This document shows, piece after piece, positions 1-11,943 of a stretch of 64,000 bases of DNA. Within the stretch, counting starts at the first letter, position 1. Every line of letters begins with the position of its first letter. A program made the translations under genes and the position numbers. The stretch comes from Octopus vulgaris (lineage: Eukaryota), in the NCBI GenBank assembly GCA_951406725.2, contig OX597815.1:122884001-122948000 (forward strand), read 5' to 3'. The notes under the pieces are model-generated. The model did no database searches. It had not been told where the DNA came from and worked only from the letters and a program-made list of their open reading frames with translations.

Positions 1-190
1 TGACTGCGGCCAGGCTGAAGGGTTTTAGTCGAATAAATTGACCACAGGACTTTTTGTTTTAAATCTAGTACTTATTCTATCTTGTGCCGAACTTATTCTA
101 TCTTGTGCCGAACCGCTAAGTTACAGAGGCGAAGACACACGAACATCGGTTGTCAAGCGGTGATGGGGGAGACAAACACACACACACATA
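1..190 (-). mobile_element. 3' part of a tRNA-derived SINE (same family as 7221-7630), with a 21-bp tandem duplication at 70-111
   Basis: Reverse complement matches the tail of the copy at 7440-7610 (ccgaaccgctaagttac, ggttgtcaagcg). acttattctatcttgtgccga occurs twice. Confidence 0.75.
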
Positions 191-275
191 TATACACGAT
201 GTGCTAGAGAGAGAGAGGGGGAAGAGATGGTAAGGCCACTTTGAATTAAGTGCAGAATATGAACATGCTTTATTA

Positions 276-372
276 ATACATACATACATACATACATACA
301 TACATGCATACATGCACACATACATACATACATACATACATACATACATACATACATACATACATACATACA
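276..372. repeat. (TACA)n microsatellite
   Basis: Direct reading. Confidence 0.98.
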
Positions 373-1205
373 AATAAATGCATATTTCTATGTGCGTATC
401 TGCGTGGCTTCATGGTTTATCGACGCAGCCTGCCGAAGGATCTACTCGCTCTTCTCCCTAAATGGCTTATATTTGGGATCAGGGATAACCCGAGAATGTT
501 TCTGTGCTACTTTGGCCCTCCGACCTGCGGCACAAATTCGGACCACCCTTTAGTCGTTACGAACAAAATGCAAACTAAGAAGTATAGAGAATAACGAAGT
601 TGGATATTGGTGGGATGACAATATTAACCAATTCAGGAACTGGATGACAAGTAGTGAAAATAATTAACATTTTTGAAACTCTCTTAGCTTTTACATATCC
701 TTCGGCAGTGAAACACTTCGTTCGAGAGATGTTTCTGAGTCGCAGCCTTGTTATTCATCAAGTCTTTTCCATTCAGACGAAATTCATGAAACGCGAATTA
801 ATAGTTTCTTCATATGAAGTCCATTCTCCCTGAAGAAACACTTTTTTTTAATGTCATAAACCATCTTTATTTTTCTTTCAAACGATTTTAAAAGAAAAAG
901 ACTTTATTTATCACTATATATTCATAAGGAAACAAAGAAACAGAAAAAGAAAAACAAAGGAAAAAGAGGGGTGATGAGTAAGCAGCAGAAGATGGAGGGG
1001 GAGGAAGCAAAAGTCTGCACATCCCAGAATATATGGCATGTTCGGCCCGCCTCGCAGTCATGACCTGATATGTTGCCACGGAGAACGGCCAACGACACTC
1101 ACGACAGCAACCACTTGCCCTCGCGAGGCTCATTTCTCAGATGGAGCGCCGTTATTCTGATTATTGAAGAGGAAAACGATAGCGCGGGGTCCGAGAACAC
1201 CTGGG

Positions 1206-1704
1206 AGCATTTTCCTTGTTTCTGCCTGTCTCTTTCTCTCTTGTTTCTGCCTATCTCTGTCTCTGTCTCTCTTGTGGGTTCGAGGTCGTTGTGAATTATT
1301 GGCAGAGAAGAAGAAGAAGAAGAAGAAGAAGAAGAAGAAGAAGAAGAAGAAGAAGAAGAAGAAGAAAAATGCGGGAGTGCTATGATAGTAGTAGGATGTT
1401 AAATGGTCAATTGCCCTGAAAGTGACTTGTTGTGGATGGTAGTAGTGATTGAATCCTTGAGAATATTATAAACAATACATTCAGAAGAGATATCTCAAGA
1501 ATTCAATCGTTACTACCATCCACAACAAGTCATTTTCAGGACACTTGAGCGTTTAACTCCCGCATTCTTCTTCTTCTTCTTCTTCTTCTTCTTCTTCTTC
1601 TTCTTCTTCTTCTTCTTCTTCTTCTCTGCCAAGAATTCACAACGACCTCGAACATACAAGAGTAAACTAGAGAGACAGAGACAGGCAGAAACAAGGAAAA
1701 TGCT
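1206..1704. repeat. Long imperfect inverted repeat (fold-back) with (GAA)n/(TTC)n in the arms
   Basis: agcattttccttgtttctgcctgtc...gtgacttgttgtggatggtagta is mirrored by tactaccatccacaacaagtca...gacaggcagaaacaaggaaaatgct. Spacer is about 1467-1489. Confidence 0.92.
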
Positions 1705-1906
1705 TCTTGTATTTGAATACTTTGCAAATATTCTTTTTAAAAACTTTTCATTTAATTATTCCAAAATTTAATCGTTTTCCATACTTACAGTTGAAAAAAT
1801 CTCAATGACTGAAACCGGTACTGAAATTTTTTTAATAAAATTATTTTAGCATTTTCTACCTTGACATTTTTCCATATATATATATCAGCTCGTGTGTTCT
1901 CTTTCA

Positions 1907-1978
<72 letters not shown>

Positions 1979-1989
1979 TAGATATAATT

Positions 1990-2280
1990 ATAATTAAGGG
2001 TATTGAGAAAAAGCACTTACATGCCAGAGATAGATATCAAATTACTCTAAAACCCACTTCAAATTACACTACATTACTGTCATCAGTAAAGTAATAGTTT
2101 TACTAAACTAGAAGTCGGACGACGTAGATTTAACCTCAAAAAAATATTTTTACTAAATCTCTTTTATTCATTTCCTCGCTTTCAGCCTTGTGCGAATGGA
2201 ATGTAATTTGAAGTGGTTTTTAGAGTCATTTGACGTCTATCTCTAACATGTAGGTGCCGCTTCGCCGTATCCTTAATTAT
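1990..2280. repeat. Inverted repeat, arms about 79 bp (1990-2068 / 2202-2280), next to (TA)n
   Basis: actctaaaacccacttcaaattaca pairs with tgtaatttgaagtggtttttagagt; ataattaagg pairs with ccttaattat. Confidence 0.85.
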
Positions 2281-2355
2281 AAATATATTTATATAATTAT
2301 ATTTCGTTTTGGATTTGGTTTGCAAGATTCTTTATGTGAGTTCGTGTGTTGAATC

Positions 2356-2457
2356 ATATTCTGTTGTGTCTGGGGAGAGTCATTTTCTTTTTGTGCCTTA
2401 TAATTTAAATTATGAGGCACAAGAAGAAAATGACTCTCCCCAGACACGACAGTATAT
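2356..2457. repeat. Near-perfect loopless 102-bp palindrome centred at 2406/2407
   Basis: gtgtctggggagagtcattttctt...gtgccttataattt|aaattatgaggcac...aagaaaatgactctccccagacac. Confidence 0.95.
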
Positions 2458-2551
2458 AATTATATATCTATATTAATTTTTACCTATATGGTTTTTCATA
2501 ACATGCTGGCCACTGATAAGATTATCAATTGATTTTATCCTTAACCATGTA

Positions 2552-2639
<88 letters not shown>

Positions 2640-3202
2640 CGTACAAAAACACCCTAGTAATTTTCCTATCAACGGTGTATTTACTTGTATGTCTGGGTTT
2701 CCGTACGGTGTCGGTCGGGGAAATTCAACTCACAAGACGTTCACCAATATATGCACACTGGGATAAAAGCCCCGGATCGACATAATTGAGAAGCACATAG
2801 CTTCTCAATGATGCACATAGCACATAGCCCAAAATTCTTATAATATTTCTAAGATTGTCATATCACTACAGACTTCATCTTTGGAACTTCTTCCTGTCCT
2901 ACTTTCCTGATTATAACATCTGTTAATTCTTCCCACCATCACTACTATCACTAAAAAATAACCACCATCAGATCTTCGTTTAACGGTAGGTAGGCTTCAT
3001 GCAGTAATTTTTTCTTTTAGTTTTTATCTATTTGTTTTTGTTATGTCACAGTATGAAGATGACATCTGTTTCAATATACTAATTCAACCCATGAACAGAA
3101 AGCGGTAAAAAAATGATTGAGAATTTCTCCCATGGAGATTTATCTTAAGATTTTATTTTATCTTAAATCTTTCATTCGTTTCAGTCATTGGACTGTGGTC
3201 AT

Positions 3203-3660
3203 GCTGACGAGCAGCGGAGCCTGGGTTGGTTGCTGAATATACTATGTTGCTGCTGGAGAAGGTGTCACAACATGTGGAATCCCAGATATGGTGCCTACCG
3301 CCACAGAACGGTAAAATTGTCATACCGTCAGGCCTTTTACCGTTCGCTCGATCTAGTCCAGCTGACTCAAGCTGGGAAGGGAAGCCTGCGGCGTCTTAGC
3401 CAACTTTATGATTTTGTTAAGGGCAGCATGGCGTGGAAGGCGGCCAGCACTAGGACGGCATGACAGTGGGTGGAGGTCGAAAGAATCCACAGTGGATCCG
3501 CAGTGGCATTAGTGAGGCTTACAGATATGGAGGCCAAGTATCAGGGAAATGCTGATGCGCAGACTGTCGTTATTAAACTGAGTGCCAGTTGCATGTGATG
3601 ACACTACATTGAGCCAAGCTCCACTGTAAGGTTCGGAGACTGAGCGGAAACATGCCAGGC
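3203..3660 (-). mobile_element. CRE-clade non-LTR retrotransposon fragment (zinc knuckle plus restriction-like endonuclease), pseudogenised
   Basis: Manual translation: SGAWLNV...[51 protein letters not shown], then after a frameshift GLDRANGKRPDGMTILPFCGGRHHIWDSTCCDTF. This fits the CRE C-terminal consensus (C-x-C, H-x-LSC, RH-x3-N, RPDG, WD-x-T). Confidence 0.85.
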
Positions 3661-4149
3661 AGTGTTAGTACTTGACTAGTACTTTAGTTTAAGAATAAAA
3701 GACAAAGTTGACCTCGGTGGGACTTTAAGGAACCAAAACAAATATTTCAGCGCTCTGTCGATTCTTCCCTTGTTGCTTGTAGACCTCTGTATCTTTGAAA
3801 AAAATCAATAAATTCTTTAGTTAAATTTGTTTACTTTCATAATAATTTCTAACTTGGATGCATGGCAATACATTTCATGTAGGGTATTCTTGACTTAATC
3901 GAATCAATTGACTATGTCCCTGTCATAATCCCAAACTAAATGCCTTGTTTGCGTCTGATGTCTGCTGGGTCCAAATTACAGACCCGTGTGTTTCTTTTAT
4001 CTATCCTACAAGAATGAAAGTTGAGTTCATTGGGTTTTGAACTTAGGAAGGCAGAACCAAATATAACAAAGCATTTTGTTTGGCGTTTCATAAATCTGAA
4101 TCCATTAAACTTTCTTGTTATTCTAATCACTTTCTTTCTTTCTTTGTGC

Positions 4150-4365
4150 TGACTCTGGTTATAATTCTTTCTACTAATAGGCCTGAAAGGCAGGATATTG
4201 TCGAGATTACATCGACCCTAATGTTCAACTGGTTCTTATTTTGTCGACTCCAAAAGGATGAAAGGCAAAATCAACCTCGGCGGAATTTGAACACAGAACA
4301 TAAAGACAGACTAAATGCTGCAAAGCATTTTGCCCGGTGTGCTAACGATTCTACCAGCTCGCCAC
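4150..4365 (-). mobile_element. tRNA-derived SINE with Deu/Nin-like central domain
   Basis: aaggatgaaaggcaaa...cctcggcggaatttgaac...gctaacgattctaccagctcgcc is the reverse complement of 22752-22970. Confidence 0.85.
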
Positions 4366-4584
4366 TTTGCTGGCTCCTGTCATAATCTCAACTATTTTAG
4401 TTCGTTATCTGATTTTGAACGACTTCTTTTATGTGCAATTTCCTTAAGTATGTTACGGATATGATATATTTCTATTCCCTTTAAATCTGAAACTTCATAA
4501 CTAGGTAAAAAAAATCCTCCTGATAGACATATATACACATGAGTCTCTGTTATTCATCAGCGGATGTTGGATTGGCAGAATATT

Positions 4585-4950
4585 CTTTTCTACTCTAGGC
4601 ACAAGGCCCGGCATTTTGGGAGAGGGGCCAGTCGATTAGATCGATCCCAGTACGCAACTGTTACTTAATTTATCGACCCTGAAAGGATGAAAGGCAAAGT
4701 CGACCACAGCGGAACTCAGAACGTAGCGGCATCTTTCAGTTTCTGTCTACCAAATCCACCCACAAGGCTTTGGTCGGCCCGAGGCTATAGTAGAAGACAC
4801 CTGCCCAAGGTACCACGCAGTGGGGACGAACTCAGAACCATGTGGCTGGTTAGCAAGCTACTTACCACACAGCCACTCCTACGCCTCAAGATTTGAACTT
4901 AAAACATAAACTGATATAACGAAATACCGCAAAGTATTTTGTCCGGCGAT
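4585..4950 (-). mobile_element. Deu/Nin-like SINE with a second SINE head (about 4733-4886) nested inside
   Basis: atcgaccctgaaaggatgaaaggcaaagtcgacc is interrupted by tctttcagtttctgtctaccaaatcc...cacagccactcctacgcc, then atttgaact resumes. Confidence 0.8.
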
Positions 4951-5929
4951 CTCCCATCTGCTAATCTGTCTTACAGGAAAAATACTTTTCTTTCTTTCTT
5001 TCTTTCTTTTTTCATGTCTGTGTGTGTAGGTGCTGCATCAAACATATGTGCATAAGTCCACCTACTCTATCTCAGAATTCGAAAACATCTGGCTATTTCT
5101 GTGAGTAAAAGTAAAAATGTCTAAGCTGACTCACCGTGAATGTAATCTTAACCAACCAATTCAAATTCTTTTCTTTGTCTTATAAAATAGCTAATAACTG
5201 GAAATTATTAGTTTATATCTCCTCTACTAATAGTTAATTCCAAGCAGCCGACCATAGATATAACGTCCTTCAGATAAATCGACAGTAATATGATATTTTA
5301 ATATTTTGTAGCAAATATTTTTTTCTCTCTACTTATTCAAAAGATATGAAAGTCATAGCTTAACATTTCCCGATCTCAGTGCGCCTGAGTCTTTGTCCTT
5401 GTGGAATGAAATTACATTTTGGGATTGGCAGAGTGTCAGAAAAAAATGGCTTGCGCTATTTGTTCCTGCTCTTTACGTTTAGAGTTCAAATCCCGCCAAG
5501 ATTTGCTGTTGATCTTTTCGGGACCGATAAAAGAAAGTGCCAGTAAAGTACAGGAGTCGATGTATTGACTAACCCCTTTTCTCAGATTTCAGGTCTTGCG
5601 TCTACGATAGAAACATTTTCACTAGGATTGGATTATCAGAATCGTTAGAGGGTCGAAAAAGATGTCTTACGGAATTTGTCTTGACTTTTTTTTACATTCA
5701 GAGTTTAAATCTTGACTGAGACAACTTTGCCTTTTCTTTTCTAAAGCCGTTAAAATAAATTTCCAGTCAAGTTCATGTAGCCCAATATTTAAGACCTTGT
5801 GCTCATGTTAGTAATCATAATGATCGAACCAGTGGGTATCCGAATATGAAGAGTGACGACAACATGCCAGTTGTTTTGAAATGCTCACTGCGCTAAATCT
5901 CACAACCTTTTTTTTTTTTCTTTTTGTTT

Positions 5930-6365
5930 TCATGCTGATAAAAATTAAAAGAAAGATCTTCAACGAAAACGTCCTTCCAGTGATAATTTACAGCAGTGAA
6001 ATATGGGCTCTCAACACTACCATTATGAAAGTCCTCATTGTAGACCAACGGAAAATGGAACAAATCATGCTCGGCATTACATTACGGCACAAGAAAACCA
6101 ACGCCTGGAATTGACAGCGCATAAGAGTCGACAGCATTATAAGAACCATCAAGGAGAACAAATATAGATGGCCTGGCTATACCGTGTGGCAGAAGGGCAG
6201 CTGATGGACAATCAGGGTGACGGAATGGACATCAAGACAATGGACAAGATCAAGAGGCCGACTAAAGACAAGATGGCGAGATAATCTCACCCGCTACCTG
6301 GGGCCTAAATGGTCACGACTGGCCAGAGACAGATAGCTATTGAAGGAGTCCAGGGTGAGGTGGAT
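5930..6365 (+). mobile_element. RTE-type LINE 3' fragment, degraded
   Basis: KRKIFNENVLPVIIYSSEIWAL...QRKMEQIMLGITLR...N-x-W, then RW-x-G and RSRGR-x-KTRWRD motifs with stops. Confidence 0.85.
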
Positions 6366-7220
6366 AAGAATAAAGTGCCTGGGAATAATTAGCCTCATTG
6401 TGTGAGCTTATTTCCGAACAGTGAGCTAGATCGACGGTAGTCAAACTGGCAAACACCTGCCCCACCTCACCTGCAAATATTTGTGAAATCCCTCTCCTCT
6501 TTATTAACGACAAAACAAAACAGAGCTTACATCTATATAACTCTTCTTTCTTGGCTTTGATGTTCGATATGTTATTAAGAGATTTAGAAGCCATCTTATT
6601 TTTTACCTTTAAATATGACAATTTCTCCACCATCTTTTCAATGCTCACAGCTCCACCATCCACCCACCTTATATGAAATACTGATCTAACTTACGAATAA
6701 TATCAATGACTATGGTGGTATTATCCCAGCAACTACAATACCCAGTTACTTGAAGCGAAAAGATCAATAATGATCAACAGATCCTATTTAAACAGAAGGC
6801 TTAAAATTATTAGGTCGTTTTTGTTGACAGATCTACGATTAGACATTCCGGCCGTGACTATCCTATCTTTTATTTTTTCATTTATAGTGTATCTAGTTCA
6901 ATATTATTTCGTTTATAACCTTTGAGGCATTTTCATAAGTTTGTCCTGAACGTCCCTGCTTGTTTTCAGACTTTTAGTTTACTACTTATTGTGTACGTTC
7001 CGAGTAATATAGAACTTGTTTTTCTTAAGTCCCAAGTAACTCTGGTAGCTGAAAAAATTGGAAATCTGTACCATAAGTGATGCATGGCTGCAATGGACAA
7101 GTAAAAGGTTAAGACAATTGGCTGATTTGAACGACTTGGCTGCTATTTCTAGTAGGCTCAGTGACACAACAAAGCCTTTCCCCTCGTTGATTCCTTAAAA
7201 TTGATATATTGAAGGCAATT

Positions 7221-7630
7221 AGGCGCAGGAGTGGCTTTGTGGTAAGTAGCTTGCTTACCAACCACATGGTTCCGGGTTCAGTCCCACTGCGTGGCATCTT
7301 GGGCAAGTATCTTCTACTATAGCCTCGGGCCGACCAAAGCCTTGTGAGTGGATTTGGTAGATGGAAACTGAAAGAAGCCCGTCGTATATATGTATATATA
7401 TGTATGTGTGTGTATATGTTTGTGTATCTGTATCTGTACCCCCAACATCGCTTGACAATCGATGCTGGTGTGTTTATGTCCCCGTAACTTAGCGCTTCGG
7501 CAAAAGAGACCAATAGAATAAGTACTAGGCTTACAAAGAATAAATCCCGGGGACGATTTGCTCGACTAAAGGCGGTGCTCCAGCATGGCCGTAGTCAAAT
7601 GACTGAAACAAGTGAAAGAGTAAAAGAGTA
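7221..7630 (+). mobile_element. Apparently full-length tRNA-derived SINE with CORE-like segment
   Basis: A-box-like gtggctttgtgg, B-box-like ggttcagtccc, cttgggcaagt, internal (TA/TG)n, tail ending in aagagta repeats. Many other copies, e.g. 29620, 40370, 41480, 52730, 54140. Confidence 0.9.
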
Positions 7631-10059
7631 ATATGTACTTCTCTGATTTGAGCATAGAAGGAGTTACAATGTCTTTGTAGAGCTTATCATTTATTTTCGA
7701 AATTAGGTTGAAGTTTAATTATGAGTGGAGCGTAAAAGAGATTTTCTTGAGCTCAAAACAAGTCATAGAATCGATTCCAGTTTTAAGCACATCATCATTT
7801 CTTTTATTCAAGAATGAAATCATTATTAGAGCACCGAACAAAACGCTTTAGTTTTCATTCTGAGAGTTCCAACCCTGTTAAGTCAACTTTACTTTTCATC
7901 CTTCTGGGGTCGATAAAAAAAAAGTGCTGGCTTAACTTACAATGAGGAATTGTTCCGCTTTGTGGTACCTATTTTCATATGCGTGAGCTGGGCTGTTAAA
8001 AAGTTAAGCGTTTGGGCTATGGATACAATGCAGAGCCGTTAATACGGTATGATTTGTCAACTGCTCGGTCATTCACAGTCTAGATGTTATGTACTCATTT
8101 ATCTTAACTGGAAACAAAACCATTTTTTTTTTTTTAATATAAGAATATAGACGCATCCTACCCCCATTGTATTTAGTGGTGTATATTTTATCTACACAGA
8201 GCAGGTGAAAAGCAAAGTTGACCTTGTCGAAATTCTAACCCAGAACGAAGAATCACGAAAGGTGTAATAGACTGAGTCAAGTGTACATATGAGTAAATGC
8301 ATGTGCATGTGTAAGTTTTTCATGCTGTAAGTGCTTCTTATATGTTGTGTAGGATTTATCTGTTTGCTGGCCAATGTAAGTAAGCAAGCAAGCAAACACA
8401 TGCTAAAAATATTTGAGGCTGAAAACGTCTGAGAATATGGATGCCGTTATATCCTGTTTAGAAAATAGGCAACATTTTTGCTAGATCAAGGGGGAAAAAT
8501 GGGAGGTCATTTAATTAAGTTACCAGCAAATAAATAGTTTGTAAATAAACAGCTGAGTACGAAGTTTGGAAACTGTCAGTAGATAGCCACTGTAATAAAA
8601 ACTTTCAACTTTTTCTCTGAGACTGAATATACGAATGCATGAAAAAGAAAAGAAAATGGAAGAGCATAGCTTAGAACGGACGGATACTTGAGAGGATGGG
8701 AACTAAAATATCCCTCCTCGTTTCGAATATTGCCTGCAAGCCTACACGAGATGGAAAAGTAATAAACTGCTATCACAACATACTAACTACATTTCAGCCG
8801 GCTGACGCGCTCTGTTCGTTATCTTTTCTGTACCTTATCACTCAGCGATGTTGATGCTGGTGGTGTTGTTGCTGTGGGGATTGGTAGTGGTTGTGGATGC
8901 TAGTAAATTCGTAATAGTTGTAGGTGTGGCAGAAGTTGATATCAGTTGTAGTGCTTGCTACTAAACATGTTATTGTTTATACCGTTGGTACTCTCGGGGA
9001 AGAGCATGAACTTCACCACTTTCACTTACTCCAATTCTCTATAAATCCTAGTTTTCACACTTCTGTAGAATAAAGTTATTGTTGTTGTCACGGTGGTGGT
9101 TGTTGGTGTTTGTAGTAGGACTAGTAACAGAAACAACAACCACAGCAGGCATCTCTATTGCTAGCAGCAACTAGATAGTATTTGGTTTCATCAATCCAAG
9201 GTAAGTTATTAAGCTGCTATGAAAAGAATTCGCTTTATTTAAATAGCAACAATGTTGTTGGAGTTGGTGTGGGCAAAAATTGGTTATCATCTCAACTAAA
9301 TATATTTCCCGACGCTCTATCATGTAAGATGATAAAGAGAAAGCAGACAGTGTAGTCACGGCAACAGTGTACTGATACCATAGGTGATGCCACAGAAACG
9401 CATATGTTCGTTGAAGAACTGAACAGATCGTTATGCAACCAGGTGAAATTTTAGTCGTTAACATTTTCTCCCAGTTTATAGAGCCAATAAAAGCGCAATA
9501 GCTCTAAGCCAGAGAACTTTCATTTCAAGAATATACGCATTACACTACTGCTGCGATACAGCTCAATCAAATCTTGTTTCATATAAAAATTATAATTAAT
9601 AATTATTACTTTCCTCCGTATGTGTTGCTATCGCATTCAAACCTATTCTTTTATGAATTTGTGGAAGAAAGCATAGTTTTAACAACACTAAATAATTGTT
9701 CCACTTAAGCTGCAAGAGGTGTACCTTCTGGGAATGCGTAGAAAATAAAGGAGAGTTATTTTTCATGTCCATTTCTAAATTGGTAGCACTGACTTACAAT
9801 CGAAAGGCCATTTTTCTAATAAAGTTGACAACGATAAAGGTGATCACTCAAAAGATGTCATTATTTCAATCAGTGATCAGCTTAAAGTTGCCTCTTTGCT
9901 GTCCTAACAACCAGACAACTTGAAGCCTAGTTACATGACACGCAACAGAACATCAAAGGCACATTTCAGGTTATCGCTGAACGGAGACGATAACTTTGAT
10001 GAAACGCGTAGCTACTAACTTAGGTAGCTGACCAACAGAGATGCAACAATGATGTAGAC

Positions 10060-10240
10060 CAGTGCTTCTTAAATTCTTTTCATTCATTCATGACCCCGTT
10101 TTTCATCACGAGATTTTTCGCGACACCAGGTATTAAATATGCTTTTTTAAAGTAGCGTGTAAACTGAAATTCAAGTGTTTGAATTTAATTTTTGCGACCC
10201 CAGCATTTCGCTTCTCAATCCCAAAGTTTAAGAAGTGCTG
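10060..10240. mobile_element. hAT (Charlie/Buster-like) MITE, 181 bp
   Basis: TIR cagtgcttcttaaa / tttaagaagtgctg. 8-bp TSD atgtagac / atgtagcc with central TA. Confidence 0.85.
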
Positions 10241-10399
10241 ATGTAGCCCAACACCTGATTAGCTAGAGCAGAGATACCTCGAACTTACACTAAAAACAAA
10301 TGTGAACTGAACATCTTTACCAACCCATTACTTTTCTCAGCTTCAGTTTACAAACCGTATTATTTCTCTCCTAAAATGTGTGGAAGACAGAAAGGTAAT

Positions 10400-10600
10400 C
10401 CTGCACGCGTTTACAGAAACACTAACACAATTGCTCGTTCACTTGACTAGCTTGGAGATCAGAGAATCTCTCCCGGTCGAGCCGTTATTTCTCCACATTA
10501 AGAAGTCACAGCTTCTATATTATGGGCATGTGATTGGTCACGCTTGGGAAGCCAGCCGGAAAGTATAATGACAGTTGTTTCTGATAGGGAGGGCCCAATG
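10400..10600 (+). mobile_element. RTE-type LINE fragment
   Basis: SLEIRESLPVEPLFLHIKKSQLLYYGHVI resembles the RTE post-RT motif (IRE-x-L-x-VEPL...QLRW-x-GHV). Confidence 0.7.
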
Positions 10601-11515
10601 GTGGGGGTGCCTGAGGACCCTACCACAACGATCCGCTCAGGAATAGTGGGCGGAGAAGATCGATGGATAGACTTTCTACAGACTCACTTGCACGAAAGTA
10701 AACATACCATGCGAATCGCTTGCACACACTTGATGCAGGACTCAATTCATCTTGCGCGCATATCATGCAGAGCCTACATAAATCTTGTGCATGCGTATGG
10801 AGTATATTTCTGTTACTTCTTTGGTAACTCACTATCTATGACAATCATTCCCTTGAGTATATTTGTATCAGCATTTGGCAGCTCTTTTCCAGAGTAGAAA
10901 CCGGCTCTTGCGTTTCAGTTGAACGAGATATCGATTTGGCGTATCTCTACTCAGCAGGTTACTCCCCAAGCATATTGCTACCTTTCCTTTCATCTCAGCG
11001 ATATTTTCCATTCGCATTACAAATGTGATAATACTTTCAAAAACACATATGTAACATTACCTCTACTGTACGCTTAATTCTTATGACAGTTGTAATTGAA
11101 AATAGTTTCTATAGAAGAATTTCGGCGTACTTCTGGTGATGTTAGATGCTGACTGATATAGCCTGTCTGCTGATAGTTATGTCGCTGCTAAATTCTTTGT
11201 GATTCTCAAGGGATATGAGGGAAGACTAGATTGTTAAGCTTACCCAGCAAAAATATATTAAAAAATGGTGTACACTAATTTATTTCATTAGTCAAATTCA
11301 TTGAGGGGGTTACTTAGTATAATCTTTAACATAGTCACCTTGCAAGCGGTAGATACATGTCTGGAATCCCGTGGTAGATTCTGCTCCTTTTTTCTTTTTT
11401 TATTTTTCTATATTGGATGGAGTGAATCACACACACAAATGTGTGTACATCTGTGTTGCTATATGTGTGTGTCTGTGTACAAATATATATGTTCGCGCAT
11501 ACATGTGTGTGAGTA

Positions 11516-11539
11516 TACATACATACATACATACATACA

Positions 11540-11573
<34 letters not shown>

Positions 11574-11861
11574 CATACATATGTGTATGTATGTATGTAT
11601 GTATGTATGTATGTATGTGTGTGTGTGTGTGTGTATGTGTGTGTACCAGATTCTAAGTATATACATATATAATTGCGATACATTGTTTATAATACGCATA
11701 TTTATTTTTGACAGTGTTTTTAATGAACATCAAAATGATTTCCAGCAGGTAAAGAATTCTGGCAAGTGTGGTGTTACCACTTTAAAGCAGTGAGTAACTG
11801 GTCCCGACCAGTTGTTGCTATTCTAGTACTTTCTTGTGTGTGTGTGTGTGTGTGTATGTGT

Positions 11862-11940
<79 letters not shown>
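11516..11940. repeat. Compound microsatellites: (TACA)n/(TGTA)n/(TG)n, then (TG)n(AG)n
   Basis: Direct reading. Confidence 0.95.

Positions 11941-11943
<3 letters not shown>

Noticed and set aside
116-594. ORFs such as MYVCMYVC, HTYIHTYI, poly-K/R, ERERER and poly-N/Y/I across the window
   Set aside because: They are translations of microsatellites, not proteins.
2070-2128. Hammerhead-like shape (stem, taaac, gtc) in the spacer of the inverted repeat
   Set aside because: Neither CUGANGA nor GAAA is present on that strand.
7221-7300. tRNA-like A and B boxes here and in many other places
   Set aside because: These are SINE heads and do not form a full cloverleaf. No tRNA gene called.
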